A DNA stretch of 64,000 nt from the human T2T-CHM13v2.0 reference genome, Homo sapiens: assembly GCF_009914755.1 (NCBI RefSeq), contig NC_060925.1, one strand, 5' to 3'. Positions 17,300 to 34,478 of this stretch are shown here, one piece after another; the first letter of the stretch is position 1, and every line of letters begins with the position of its first letter. The notes under the pieces are model-generated. The model was not told where the DNA came from and searched no databases. It saw nothing but the letters and a program-made list of their open reading frames with translations. The position numbers were made by a program, and so were the translations under genes.

Positions 17300-19219
17300 T
17301 TATTTCAGTTGGACCACATATATGTATACTTGCAATCATGTAAGAAATATACAACAATAATTTGTACAAGCCATTTTATCCTCAGTACAAGTGGAAAAAC
17401 CTGACAATGGTGCTTTTTATTAAAAATTTTCACAATAATTTCAGAAGAAATGTACTTGCTATATGCAGTATCTTTTCTTTAAAACAATACCCACTTAAAT
17501 AAGCAAATGTTCTAACATTGGTTTGCTTAAAATCTTAACCATGGCTTATAAGGCCTTACATGATATGACTTTATTTCCTACCATTCTTCCTCTTGCTTAC
17601 CGCTTTCTGTTATCCTTGCGAATCTATCAGTATATACTCTGACTACGCTTCTGACTTACAACCTGTGCAATGGTTGTTGTTCCTTTTTCCTAATTGTTCT
17701 TCTCACAAATTTTCCTTTATCGCCTCCTTAGAAAGGCCTCCCACTCTCCAATACCTCCTTTTCCTTTTCTTTTGCTTTGTTCCTTTCCATAACACTTAGG
17801 ACCACAAGTATATAAGCTCCTTAAGAACAGAAATGATATGTACTTTGTCCAAGCATGTTATGTCTAGGCTGATAAAGTGGTTTCTAGGTTTGAAGGCAGA
17901 CTGCATGTATGGGTTCCTTTAAGGGGTGGCAGCAATAGAAATGATTCATACAAATCCATTAGGAGTGGAGACAGCATTGAGAATGTGGAGAATACACAAA
18001 TATACATTTAAACAATGGACTCAGTCATAATTTCAAACTTTCAACTATAAAACTGCTTGTTTTTGGAAAAGGTAAGACTTTAAATTGGTTAAGAGGATGA
18101 AGAATAATGAAAGTAAATGTTCAGAGTTCAAATATAAATTTTTAAAAATACTGAAAAACAAATACAAAAGAATACAACTATACATATGTCAATTAAAGAA
18201 ATACAAAAAATACTGAGAAATAAGAATCATTTCCTGTACAATAAAGGACATGGCTCTATTTCTTCTAATTTCTTTCCCTTTTCTTTCCTTTCTTTCCTTA
18301 TCTCTTTCTCTTTTTTAAATTCTGAAATCCATGTCTTTAAGAAATTTATGGAAAAAAACAAAAAGATATGCCTATATTAAGATAGTTAGCAAAATTAACT
18401 ATAATATTCTATCATTTACATTTTTTCCCACGAAACTCTCAATAGTTAATAATGTCTTAGAACTGAAAGTTAAGAAAACGAAAACAATGTCTATTAGTAG
18501 ACCTAATAAGCCAATGTCTATTATTGACCTAGCTTAAATGTAGAAATGTAAATAAGAATTACAAGACAAGTAAGAATTACAAGAATTATAAGACAAGAAG
18601 ACTTCAATTGTTATATTCAAACAAACCCAAAAGTACACTGTAAATTGTATATAACTAAAGTGAAAAAATGGTGCTCTATTAATTTTTTTAAAGGCAAAGA
18701 CTGTGCCTTTTCATTATTACAAAACATAGTATATAAATGATACTTAGATTATTATTATGCTAATGAACTGTCAGAAAACAATTAAAAATCCATTCACACT
18801 TACATTCATATTTTAAGTCAACAAATAAATATTGTGCTGTTGGCATGTATCATCTACACAGATGACCAACCCATGGCCCTGGCCTTAAGAAACTCTTAGC
18901 AACAGTATTGTCTGTATGTCACTTTAGAATTTACAAAACGTTTCTGCATGCATGGTTACTATAAAGATGATAAGATCAGTTAGTTACACTATCTTCTAAA
19001 TTCTGAAAACAATCACAAATTTATAAGGAAAAGGAAGATGGGGAGATTAAGTGACTTGGCCAAGGTTATTTGGCTAATGGGTAGCAGACCTGGGATTAGA
19101 AAACCAGTCTCAAATGCTACTAAACTGTTTTGTCTCACTGATATTTGAGTTTGATGGGCAATATTTTTGCCTTATATACAGGGCATATTAATTCATTTTG
19201 CAAATAAAGAGTAAAAACA

Positions 19220-19523
19220 GGCCAGACGTGGTGGCTCACAGAACTGTGAGAGGCCAAGGTGGGAGGATCACTTGAGCTCAGGAATTTCAAGACTAGCCTG
19301 GGCAATACAGTGAGACCATGTTTAAAAAAAAAAAAAAATTACTTGGGCATGGTGGCACACACCTGTAGTCCCAGCTACCAGGGTAGGTGTGTATTGGGGG
19401 ATGAAGGTGTAAAAATTGCTTGGGCGAGGGAGGTCAATGCTGCAGTAAGCCACAATCACACGACTGCACTCCAGCTTGGGTGACAGAGCGAGAATCTGTC
19501 TCAACTAAAAAAAAAAAGTAAAA
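19220..19523 (+). mobile_element. Degenerate AluJ
   Basis: Alu dimer with indels. Confidence 0.8.
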
Positions 19524-19539
19524 ATAGATGTTATATGGA

Positions 19540-19745
19540 ATGATCCCTAATGTAAACTGCGGACTCTGGGTGATGATGTGTTAATGTAGGTTCACCAGTT
19601 ACAACAAATGCACTACTCTGATGGGGGATGTTAATAATGGGGGAGGCTACGCATACTAAGGGGTATATGGGAAATCTCTGTACCTTTGCTCACTTTTGCT
19701 GTGAACTTAAAACTGCTCTACAAAAATAAAGTCTATTTAAAAAGG
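19540..19745 (+). mobile_element. L1MC/MD-like 3' end fragment
   Basis: CCCTAATGTAAACT..GGGAAATCTCTGTACCTT..AATAAAGTCTATT typical of old L1 3'UTRs. Confidence 0.65.
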
Positions 19746-19770
19746 GAGGATGGATGCTATTAATCACATA

Positions 19771-19863
19771 AGGACTTTCTAGAGAAAGTTTTCTAGAGAG
19801 GACTTTCTAGAGAACGTTTTCTAGAGAAGACTTTCTAGAGAAAACGGGGGGGGGGGGGGGGGG
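19771..19863. repeat. 5 x 14-bp tandem repeat (core TTTCTAGAG) followed by G18
   Basis: aggactttctagag/aaagttttctagag/aggactttctagag/aacgttttctagag/aagactttctagag; G run 19846-19863. Confidence 0.92.
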
Positions 19864-20040
19864 CGGTATGCTGACTCACCTAAATCAGAATTCTAACTTT
19901 TATTACTGCAGAGAAATGATTATTCAAGTTAATTCACAGTTACACTTAAAACACTTTTTAAAAAGCATAGGATTGACATTGAAGACTAGCAACAATGATC
20001 ATTACAATATACAACTCAAGGAAATTGAAGAAATTCTCAC

Positions 20041-20203
20041 CAGGAGGAGAAGCTATTGTGTACGTACCGAGCTGTCCTCGGCTTCGCCGTACCATTTCTT
20101 GCCTGGCACCTATGCTCCCAAGAATAGCTTCTTCAAGCTTTGCTCTCATGTCTTTTGATTTCTTAAAGGTCAAGCTATTCATTCGTTCAAACACTTTTTT
20201 CCC
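20041..20203 (-). CDS. DOCK7: DOCK7 exon (~33), 163 nt (136 nt if the donor at 20068 is used): [45 protein letters not shown][GTYTIASPP](E)
   Basis: Acceptor ttttag|GG; two in-frame donors, TCG|GTACGT (20068) and CTG|GTGAGA (20041). Confidence 0.93.
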
Positions 20204-20267
20204 CTAAAATGTAAACATTAGAAGAGAAGAGGTATTGAGGAAATTTTCTTCTATTTTTTCCACATTA

Positions 20268-20555
<288 letters not shown>

Positions 20556-23500
20556 CTATCAACTGTTTTCTTCTAAAAACAATAAAACAAAAGTTGCTTA
20601 AAAATAATATAATTAAAAACCATTTGATTCAGACAACACTTGTACAAAAGGATCATATATAACCTTAAGGTTAAGAGCCTGAAGTTTAATGAACCTTTCC
20701 TGATAACAGAAGTTTGTTTTAATCTACTGCATGACTGCCAGCAGGGGATAAATAAATGTTAATAAAAAACATAAAGATAAAAACTAAAAGATTCTACCAT
20801 TAAAAACTAAAAGATATATATCACAGAATATCAGATATAATGAAAATAAAGGAAAAAAGCAACTGACTCACAGTAAATAAGAGTGGGCTAAGAGTAGAAA
20901 GTAATGACAAAATCATGTATGTCAGACTTAGAAGACTATTGTTTTTAATCAAGCACCACTGATACAAAAAGGAAAAGTCTTAGGCTATATAGAAGTAAAA
21001 AGCTATTTCTACTTATAGCATATAAGGTTGAAATGCTATTTTCAATCATCAATCTATATTAGTATATAGTATGTAAAACAGAAATGGAAAAATAAAAACA
21101 CATTTACAGTACCACTTATTGGACATACACTCTGTTTCAGTCATCATACTAAACATTTTACATACATTATTTGATTTAGTCCTCCAACAGTATTGCCAAG
21201 CAGGTCGTATCATCCCAATTTTACAGATAAAAATACAGATGATAATAATAATAATAATGATGATGGCAAAAAATAAAATTTGAAATGTGCAAGAAACTAT
21301 GCTAATCATGTTTTATTTAGCTCTCACAACTGTAAACTATAACATTAACTATTATTATTATTAGTTTACAGGCAAGAAAACTGAAGGCTAGAGAGTAATT
21401 TGCCTTACTATACCAAGAAAGGGTAAAGCTAGGATTTTAGTCTAGGTTAACCAGACTCCAAAGCCCATACTCTTCACTATTATACAATGTTCTAATACTC
21501 GGCTGACAAATATACTAACTAAAAATGAGGAAGAAGTAGAGGGGATGTTGAGAGGAAAGACATAGGAAAGCTGAACATACACAACTGTTGAAGTCATGAT
21601 CTCAACTACCTCACCAATCTTCCTTCTATAGTGGATGATAATTAATGACCAAATGCTTTATGTGTATTAAGTTATTTATCCTTCACAATCACTCAAAGAA
21701 ATAAGTATTATTACTCACCTCATCTTACAGAAAAAAAAAAAAAAAAACCTGACCACCAGAAGTATTTTGTAATAAGAGGCGGGACAACAGTTTCAACACA
21801 GAAAGTGTGGCTCCCGAGACACAAGCTCCAAGCTCATATCCACTTTGTTTACTGCCTCTCATGGCTGCCCATGCATATAAGTGAATTCACCCACATAAGC
21901 TTGCTTAACTATTTTGCTATACTGCTTCTGAGCTGGGCACAAAAGAACTTTGACCCTGATCCCTAAATCCACAATTGTTCTCATAAGGAAAATGCTCCTT
22001 TATTTTAAAGACAGACACTTTTTATAGCCGAACTTTCAGATATGCATAAATACACAGCACTGACTGAATTTTCAAGTACCTATTTTTTAGAAATACAATA
22101 AAAAATTATTCTCATCTTGACAAACAGGCATATGCTGACATCTCTTATATTCCCACATAAATTGCCAGTAACACAGTGACATCTCTGGGAAGAATTAAGA
22201 CAAACATGAAAAAGACTCAGTAATGTAAAGATGTCAGTTTTCCATCAAATTGTTCTATAGGATCAGTGCAATTCTAATCAAAATCCCAGTCAGGTTTTCC
22301 TGGAACTTTGACCAATGATTTTTAAATTTAATGGGGGAAAAGCAGAGAGCCAAGATACTCTTAAAGAAGAACAAGGTGGGATGTGGGGAGCAGGGAGATG
22401 AATGTGTTCTGCCAGATATCTGCAGTTACTAAAAAACTAAAATAATTAGGACAATTTGATTTTGGCATATTTTTGGCAGTCAAATGAAACAGAATAAAGA
22501 ACACAAAAAGTGTCCTATGCATATCTGAAAATCTGATCTGTGACAGAGCTGGCACTGTGGATCACTACTGAAAGGATGAACTGTTTAATAAATGATGTTG
22601 AGACAACTGATCTTCCTTGAGGAAAAAAAAAGCAGATTCCTACCTTGTACCACCATACAGAAAATAAATCTAGACAAAGAAAGAACTTTAAATACAAAAT
22701 GTTTAAAACTTTCAGGAGGAAATATAAGACAATATATTTATAATCTTGGGGAAAGGATAGTATATCTTAAATAAGACATAAAAAACATAAACCATAAAAA
22801 AGATGGTCACATTTGCCTACATTAAAAATGAGAATTTGTATTCATTCAAATAAATACATTAAAAAGGCACATCATAAATTAGTAGAAATGTGCACATATA
22901 AAACCAACCTGAGATTAGTATCCAGAACAGTCTCAACCAGGGTTCCGTGGCATAATTAAGCCCTACAAAAAAGGATTTGAGGGACTATTTTCCCCATTCT
23001 CCCAAAGACATTGATAGCAAGGACCACTCTAGGTGTATAGAAGTTAATCTATCACCTACAATAAATGCCCTAGCCCATTAGTTCTTAATTTTCTGGTTGA
23101 GAAGGGATGACCTCTAGAAAACAGAAAGAATTGTTTCATAACATTATTACCAGGAATGAGGAAGAGGTCCCAGAGTTCTACATTTTCTAGGCCAAGATTC
23201 ATACCTCTCCTTCATATTATAACAACCAGAGCTTCACGATTACTCTCTGCCTTCAGACCATCAGGATTAACCTCATTAAATTATTTTCCCCAGTTTGTGT
23301 CTACCACCTCAACAGGCCCAGCCTTCAGAAGGCTTCATTCATGACTCGGACTCTGATCACCACACACATAGCTCTTTATATTGTCTCTTCTTACCTCACT
23401 TGCCATGTCTGCCCCTTCTCCTAAAATTCTTCCACTATGACCTCTGAAACACATGGTCAATCATTAACAAAACTGCTTTATATCTATAAGAATACATAGC

Positions 23501-23908
23501 TTATGTTCTCATAGATGTATAAGAACACATGTATCTTTGTCAGACTATACAACCTACTAACCTTCATCACTGCAGTCATATACTAATCTCCAGAAGACTG
23601 GCCCTTATATCTTGATGCTTTTAGCTCCTGACTCACTTTCACTATTTTAAACACTACTTTTTGTCACAGTTCTTAGTGATTTCAATGTCTATGTATTTGA
23701 TTCTCTAAATATCCTGTGCTATTTTTTACTTCCTTAACCAACTTGTCTAATTCTCAAGAATACCACTTACTACACACACTCACCCTTGCAGTCAAACCTT
23801 ATGCCTTTTATTATCATTATGGCATGTTCCCCTAAATTTCCATTTTAGGTATGTCCCACCATGCCAATTAAAAAACAAAAACAAAACAAACAAACAAAAA
23901 AACAAACA

Positions 23909-24234
<326 letters not shown>

Positions 24235-24747
24235 TCACAACCACCACTTCAACTTTCCATCTCATTACTTCTTATAAATCAACTCCAACAACACACACAA
24301 TATCAAGTATTAGAAAGAACATGGAGCAACAAATATTTCTTCATTGCTAGAAGGAATATATATTGCTAGAACCACACTGGAAAACAATCTAACCAAGTAA
24401 AACTGAACATGTGCATAACCTCTAACCCAAAAATGCCACTCTTAGGTATATACCTTAGCGAAACTCTTCTACAGAGTGACGTAAAGGAACATTCATAATA
24501 CCTTTATCTGTAACAGCCCGAAACTACAAACAACCCAAACTTCCTTTGAGAAGAGAATGAATACATAATTATATTTTCTAACGGACTGCTATGACATTAC
24601 AGACTACAACTATACCTATCAACATAAATGACTCTTACAAACATATACAAAAAAATCAAGTCATAGAAGTACATATAGTATATATTCATAAAAAGGTGAA
24701 AATATGTGAAGCTAAATAAAATATTGTTTAGAAATATAGACAAAACT

Positions 24748-25352
<605 letters not shown>

Positions 25353-25379
25353 AGAAGTCAATAAAAGAGAGAAAAAAAA

Positions 25380-25597
25380 AACTATAATGGGGTAAGACAA
25401 TATAAAGTAAAACATAAAATGTTAAATACATCCAATTTAATTAAACTAAATGTAAATGGATTAGAAACTCTAGTGAAAGAGAGAGATTAACAAACCAGAT
25501 TTTTAAGATACAAGAAAAAAATCTAACTATATGCTGTTTTTAAAAGAAGTATCTAAAACATAATACAAAAATGTTGAAAGGGATGAAAAAGTCATGC

Positions 25598-25632
<35 letters not shown>

Positions 25633-26174
25633 CAAAGAAAACCTAGTGTAATTATAACTACTTTAAAAAGCATCATAGTTCATGTAGATGAAAGTGCAAT
25701 CCACCAAAAATTATATAAAAGTGTTAAATGTTTCATAATCAGGCCTCAAAAGAAACAAAAATCTGACAGAATGACAAGGAGAAATTACAAAACCACAATT
25801 GTAGTGGGATATTAGAATAAGCATGCAAAATTTAGTAAAGACCAAAAAGATTTAAACAACAAGAGTACAGGACATAGAATGCTGTAACTAACAATGAAAG
25901 AATATTCATTCTTTTAGAATACATGAGATATTTACAAAAACTGACCATATACTAGACCATAAAACTAGTTTCCACAAACATAACAAACTGATATCATACA
26001 GAGTTATGCTCTCTGATCATTTAATTTGGCCAAAATCAGAAACAAGGATATCTAGAAATTTTCATGACTGAAAATTTAAGACAAAAACAACTTCTTAAAT
26101 AGCTCAAAGGCCTAAGAAGAAATCATAATGAACTTCAGAGTCATTCTGAGATGAATCTTGAAAATGCTACCTAT
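25380..26174 (+). mobile_element. Old L1M ORF2 remnant, continuing at about 27861-30180 and 30500-31200
   Basis: Degenerate L1 ORF2 motifs (CTAAATGTAAATGGATTA; GACCATATACTAGACCATAAAA; CTATTCAACACTGTACTGGAGGT). Confidence 0.65.
25601..25628. repeat. (AC)14 microsatellite
   Basis: Direct read. Confidence 0.95.
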
Positions 26175-26380
26175 TGATTATGATAAACTTGTTCCCCCAG
26201 CTCACAATTTAGAAGTCACAGATGACAGAAGGGAGAATGTAGTAGGCAATGTGATCCTAGAGGCGATGAGAAGGGATGACTAACTGGCTAAAAGAGAGAG
26301 AGAAGATGAAACCATTTGGGGAAGATGTAAGAGAATGCAACTAAGTTGAATAAATAAGATACACATTTTTTAAAAAAAAT

Positions 26381-27860
26381 GCCTGTATAGCCAAGACAAT
26401 GAGCAAAAAGAACAAAGCTGGAGGCATCACACTACCTGACTTCAAACTATACTACAAGGCTACAGTAACCAAAACAGCAGGTACTGGTACCAAAACAGAT
26501 ACATAGACCAAGGGAACAGAACAGAGGCCTCAGAAATAACACCACACATCTACAACCATCTGATCTTTGACAAACCTGACAAAAACAATCAATGGGGAAA
26601 GGATTCCCTATTTAATAAATGGTGTTCGGAACCGCCTAGCCATATGCAGAAAACTGAAACTGGATCCCTTCCTTATACCTTATACAAAAATTAACTCGAG
26701 ATGGATTGAAGACTTAAACGTAAGACCTAAAACCATAAAAACCCTTGAAGAAAACCTAGGCAATACCATTCAGGACATAGGCATGGGCAAACACTTCATG
26801 ACTAAAACACCAAAAGCAATGGCAACAAAAGCCAAAATTGACAAATGGGATCTAATCAAACTAAAGAGCTTCTGCACAACAAATGAAACTATCATCAGAG
26901 TGAACAGGCAACCTATAGAATGGGAGAAAAATTTTGCAATCTATCCAACTGACAAAGGGCTAATATCCAGAATCTACAAAGAACTCAAACAAATTTACAA
27001 GAAAAAAACAACCCCACCAAAAAGTGGGCAAAGGATATGAACAGACACTTCTCAAAAGAAGACATTTATGAGGCCAACAAACATGAAAAAAAGCTCATCA
27101 TCACTGGTCATTACAGAAATGCAAATCAAAACCACAATGAGATACCATACCATCTCACACCAGTTAGAGTGGCGATCATTAAAAAGTCAGGAAACAACAG
27201 ATGCTGGAAAGGATGTGGAGAAATAGGAACGCTTTTACACTGTTGGTGGGAGTGTAAATTAGTTCAACCATTGTGGAAGACAGTGTGCTGATTCCTGAAG
27301 GATCTAGAACTAGAAATACCATTTGACCCAGCAATTCCATTACTGGGTATATACCCAAAGGATTATAAATCATTCTACTATAAAGACACATGCACCTGTA
27401 TGTTTACTGTGGCACTATTCACAGTAGCAAAGACTTAGAAACAATCCCAATGCCCATCAATGATAGGCTGGATAAAGAAAATGTGGCACATACACACCAT
27501 GGAATACTATGCAGCCATAAAAAGGATGAGTTCATGTCCTTTGCAGGGACATGGATGAAGCTGGAAACCATCATTCTCAGCAAACTAACACAGGAACAGA
27601 AAACCAAACACCACATGTTCTCACTCATAGGTGGGAGTCGAACAATGAGAACACATGAACACAGGAAGGGGAACATCACACACTGGGGCCTGTCAGGGGG
27701 TAGGGGGGTAGGGGAGGGACAGCATTAGGAGAAATACCTAATGTAATTGATGGGTTGAGGGGTGCAGCAAACCACCACGGCATGTGTATACCTATGTAAC
27801 AAACCTGCACATTCTGCACATGTATCCCAGAACTTAAAGTATAATTTAAAAAAAGGGAAA
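26381..27860 (+). mobile_element. 5'-truncated primate L1 (older L1PA): end of ORF2 + 3'UTR + A tail
   Basis: ORFs 26567..27040 and 27037..27291 are frameshifted ORF2 C-terminus (..[16 protein letters not shown]..; [25 protein letters not shown]). Confidence 0.95.
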
Positions 27861-28287
27861 AAAATGTTACATATAAATAGCATTTAACTAAACAATCAAA
27901 GAAAAATGCATAGGCTGAAAATACATATCAAAAAAGAAAGGATGAAAATTAGTGAGTTAAGCATCTATCTCAAGAAGTTAGAAAAAGAACATGAATGTAA
28001 ACCCAAAGAAAGCAGAAGATAGTAAATAATAAACATTAAAAAGTGAGGGTCAACAGTGCCACCATACTGGTTCTTTATAAAGACTAACAATACATTTCGA
28101 CTGTCTGGTAAGACTGATAAAGACAAGAAAAGGTACAAAAATCTAGCCGTAGAAAAAAGTTTACATCTACTACAGATGATACAGACATTTAAAAAATTAT
28201 ACAAGGTATTTCTGAATAACTTTATAAGTCAAGAAATTTGAATACATTTCTACTAGAATAAAATTTACAAAAATCAGTTGTTAAGAA

Positions 28288-28606
28288 GACCAGGTGCAGT
28301 GGTTCACACCTGTAATCCCAGCACTTTGGGAGACTGAGGCGGGGGGATCACCTGAGGTCAGGAGTTCAAGACTAGTCTGGCCAACGTAGTGAAACCCTGT
28401 CTCTACTAAAAATACAAACATTAGTCAGGCACAGTGGCAGGCACCTGTAATTCCAGCTATTCAGGAGGCCAAGGCAGGAGAATGGCTTGAAGCCAGGAGG
28501 CGGAGGTTGCAGTGGGCCGAGATCATGCCACTGCACTCCAGCCTGGGTGATACAGCGAGATATCATCTCAAAAAATAAAATAAAATAAAATAAAAATAAA
28601 TAAATA
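28288..28606 (+). mobile_element. AluSx-like
   Basis: Full dimer, (AAAAT)n tail. Confidence 0.88.
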
Positions 28607-30180
28607 CAATCAATGTAAGAAGAAACAAAAAACTTCAATAGTCTCACAGATAATAAATTATAACAGTAATTTTAAAACTTGAAAAAGAAAACACTTCAAG
28701 CACAGATGGTTTCATAAGTTCTCCAAATATTCCAGGAAGAGATAATTCTAATCTTAGGTACTTGCAGAGAAGAGGATAAAAGAGAAAACTCCCTACCTCA
28801 TTTTAATTGGCTAGCCTAAACTTGATTCTAAAACCTGAAAAGAATATAAGAAAGAAAAATTATAGGCAATCTTAGGAACATACGTATACAAATCCTAACA
28901 AAATATTAGCAAACGAAATCCATTAGTACACAACTATGAAGAAGTTGAGTTTAATTCAGGATTTCAATGTTGGTTTAACACTAGAAAATCAATTTAAATA
29001 AACAACATTAAAAGACCAAAAAGCAAAACAATACAGCCATCTCAATGAATGTGGAAAAAGCATTCGATAACAATTCAACTATTCATAACTAAAAAACAAA
29101 ATGCTTAGTAAACTAGTAACAGAAAGAGACTTCCACAATAAAGGAAGGTATCTTAAAAAAAACCCAAAACATACAGAACATATGTTTAAGAATGAAATGT
29201 TGAAAGTTTTACCTTTAAAGATACAAACATCACCACTTCTATTCAACACTGTACTGGAGGTACTAGCCAGTACAATAAATTATATATATAAAAAAACTGA
29301 CAGGAAGAAACTACATTGTTATTATTCACAAATTATATGATTGTGTGTAGAAAAAAAGAATCTACAAATATGTTATTAGTTTATCACTTTATCATTTATT
29401 TTATATTGTGGAAATAAAAATCATTGTACAAAAATCAATTTTTTTGATAATGAGTATTTTGTTTCTGTACAAAAATTGATTCTATTTCCATATAAAGCAA
29501 TCAACGTTAGAAAACAGAATTTTTGAAAAAGACACCATTTATAGGAACATTAAAAAATATCAAGCACGAATAATAAATCTACAAAAGATATGCTAGTCCT
29601 CCTTGGTAGAAACTAAAAAAGTTTATGTACTGAAAGACACTAAAGGCAGCCTAAACAATGGGGGGATTTGTGTTCAAAAATTACGAGATTCAATAGTATA
29701 ATCATAATTCAATACAATCTTAACTAAAATTTTAACAGGTTTATTGGTTTTTGTTTATTTATTTTAGTGGAACTTTACAAGCTGATTTTCAAATTTATGT
29801 AGATATACAAAGGGCCAAAAAGTAGCCAAGAAAAATTTTAAAAATGTATGACTTTCTCTACATGGTAGACCATATACAGGCAGTATTTCAGAGACGTAGG
29901 GAAAATATTCTTTTAATAAACGGTGCTGAAATAATCTGGCATAATATGCAATATAAATAAATAAATAAATGAACCTGGACTCCCAACTTACACTGTATAT
30001 AAAAAAATCTATTTCAGGTAGATTTTAATTTTAAAATTAAATGTAAAAGGAAGAACAAAAAATTTCGAATGTAACACAGAATACCTTCAAAATTCTGAAA
30101 CAGAAAAAAATTCCTTAAATAAGATATAGAAAATATTAGCTGCAAGACTAAATTTAAGTATATTAAAATCAGGCATTCTA

Positions 30181-30520
<340 letters not shown>

Positions 30521-31166
30521 TCACCATTAAATGGGTAAAACAGCAAGCCACAGAGAAGAAATATTTGAACCACTTATAACTGACAATGGACTTGATCTAG
30601 AACATACAAAGTCCTAAAAATCATTAAACAAAAGCAAACAACCAAATGGAAAACAAGCAAAGAACTCTAGACACTTCAAAAGAGAGAATCCAAATGGTCA
30701 ATCATACTTATGGAAAAGTGCACACCGCATAAGTCTTCGGGGAAATACAAGCTAAAATGAGATTCAACTATAAATGACCAGATTGGCAAAAATTTAAAAA
30801 TCTGACAATTCTCTAAGTATTGATGAACATGTGAAGGAATGAGAACTCTCATATTGTATGTGTTAAGTATAAATTAAGGTACGCCCTCTGGAAAATAGTT
30901 GGCCATTACCTGGTATAGATTAAGATACCCACAGTCTATGACCCAACAAATTCCACTTCTAGAAAATACTCTAAATAAAAGTATATATATGCATGCAGGA
31001 TATATATAAAAGAAAGTCTGCAAAATTGTTATTTGCAATAACCAAGGATCAGAAACCATTCATGCACCTATCAACAGAATGGGCAAATAAACTGATTTAT
31101 AGTTAGACAATGGAATATCATACTGAAATGAAAATCAGTGAATTATAGCTACATTTCATAACATTA

Positions 31167-31525
<359 letters not shown>

Positions 31526-31605
31526 TATATATATATATATATATATTACTATAAACTATATATTTTTAAAATGCAAACTTAGACGGTAAAACTCTCTATC
31601 TATAC

Positions 31606-31935
<330 letters not shown>

Positions 31936-32359
31936 TCATCAATCAGGACACTGAGAGTTTGGTGGGTTGCTGTGGTTGAGAAAGGGCATGCTAAGAACTT
32001 CTGGATGGCAGCCAACATCCTTGTTTTTGACCTGAGTGGTAATTACAAAGCTGTTTATTTTCTAATGTTTTAAAACCTCATTATGTTTTATGTACTTTGT
32101 CATATGTAGTATACTTCACAAAAGAAAAGTTAAAAAAAATAAAAAGGTTAATACAATTGAGAACAATGGTCATTCCCAGGGGAGGGAGAGATCAAATTGA
32201 GGAAGGCCACTGGTAGCTTCAAAGGTTACCAGGCTGTAATGTCTGATTTCTTAAACTGAGCAGTGGATATGCTGCTGTTTATTTTATCATTACATTTTGT
32301 ACATGCACTTTATTGTATTATTTTATAGGTAGAATGTCACCAAAAGTGCAATTGATAAA

Positions 32360-33680
<1,321 letters not shown>

Positions 33681-33960
33681 TTGTCAAGTTTCCTTAAATA
33701 TTACTGCATTTTTCTGGAAAAAAATGTCATTTAAAACTTTTAGAACTTGATCTTGCTCTATTGGCAATTTGGTTCCTTCCTGCCCTGATCCTTCTGCCTT
33801 TAAGAGGGGAAAAGTTCAGGGGCATAGTAAATATCAAGTGTTTTCAAAACATAAAAAAGTATAAATATTCACAGATTAAAAAAACCCTCAAATGACTGAG
33901 AATCTTTCTTAGGGCTGACAAAGAATAAAACAGGTTTAAAAAAATAAAGAAATGAACTAT

Positions 33961-34478
33961 TCCAAAGGATTATAAATCATGCTGCTATAAAGACACATGC
34001 ACACGTATGTTTATTGTGGCACTATTCACAATAGCAAAGACTTGGAACCAACCCAAATGTCCAACAATGATAGACTGGATTAAGAAAACGTGGCACATAT
34101 ACACCATGGAATACTATGCAGCCATAAAAAATGATGAGTTCATGTCCTTTGTAGGGACATGGACGTAGGGACATGGACGAAGCTGGAAACCATCATTCTC
34201 AGCAAACTATTGCAAGGACAAAAAACCAAACACCGCATGTTCTCACTCATAGGTGGGAATTGAACAATGAGAACACATGGACACAGGAAGGGGAACATCA
34301 CATACCGGGGCCTGTTGTGGGGTGGGGGGAGGGGGAGGGATAGCATTTGGAGATATACCTAATGTTAAATGACGAGTTACTGGGTGCAGCACACCAACAT
34401 GGCACATGTATACATATGTAACTAACCTGCATGTTGTGCACATGTACCCTAAAACTTAAAGTATAAAAAAAAAAAAAA
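33961..34478 (+). mobile_element. Young 5'-truncated L1PA (L1PA3/4-like) 3' end with poly-A
   Basis: Perfect 15-bp TSD AAAGAAATGAACTAT (33946-33960 / 34479-34493); lacks the L1HS ACA diagnostic. Confidence 0.93.

Noticed and set aside
19771-19845. CRISPR-like or engineered XbaI array
   Set aside because: Units are 14-bp tandem repeats without unique spacers in primate intronic DNA; a slippage-derived minisatellite
20735-20752. Second CTCF-like motif CCAGCAGGGGATA
   Set aside because: Lacks the 3' GC(G/A)C part of the core; too weak to call
26567-27728. 157-aa and neighbouring ORFs as a gene
   Set aside because: Frameshifted L1 ORF2 C-terminus and 3'UTR; truncated and non-autonomous
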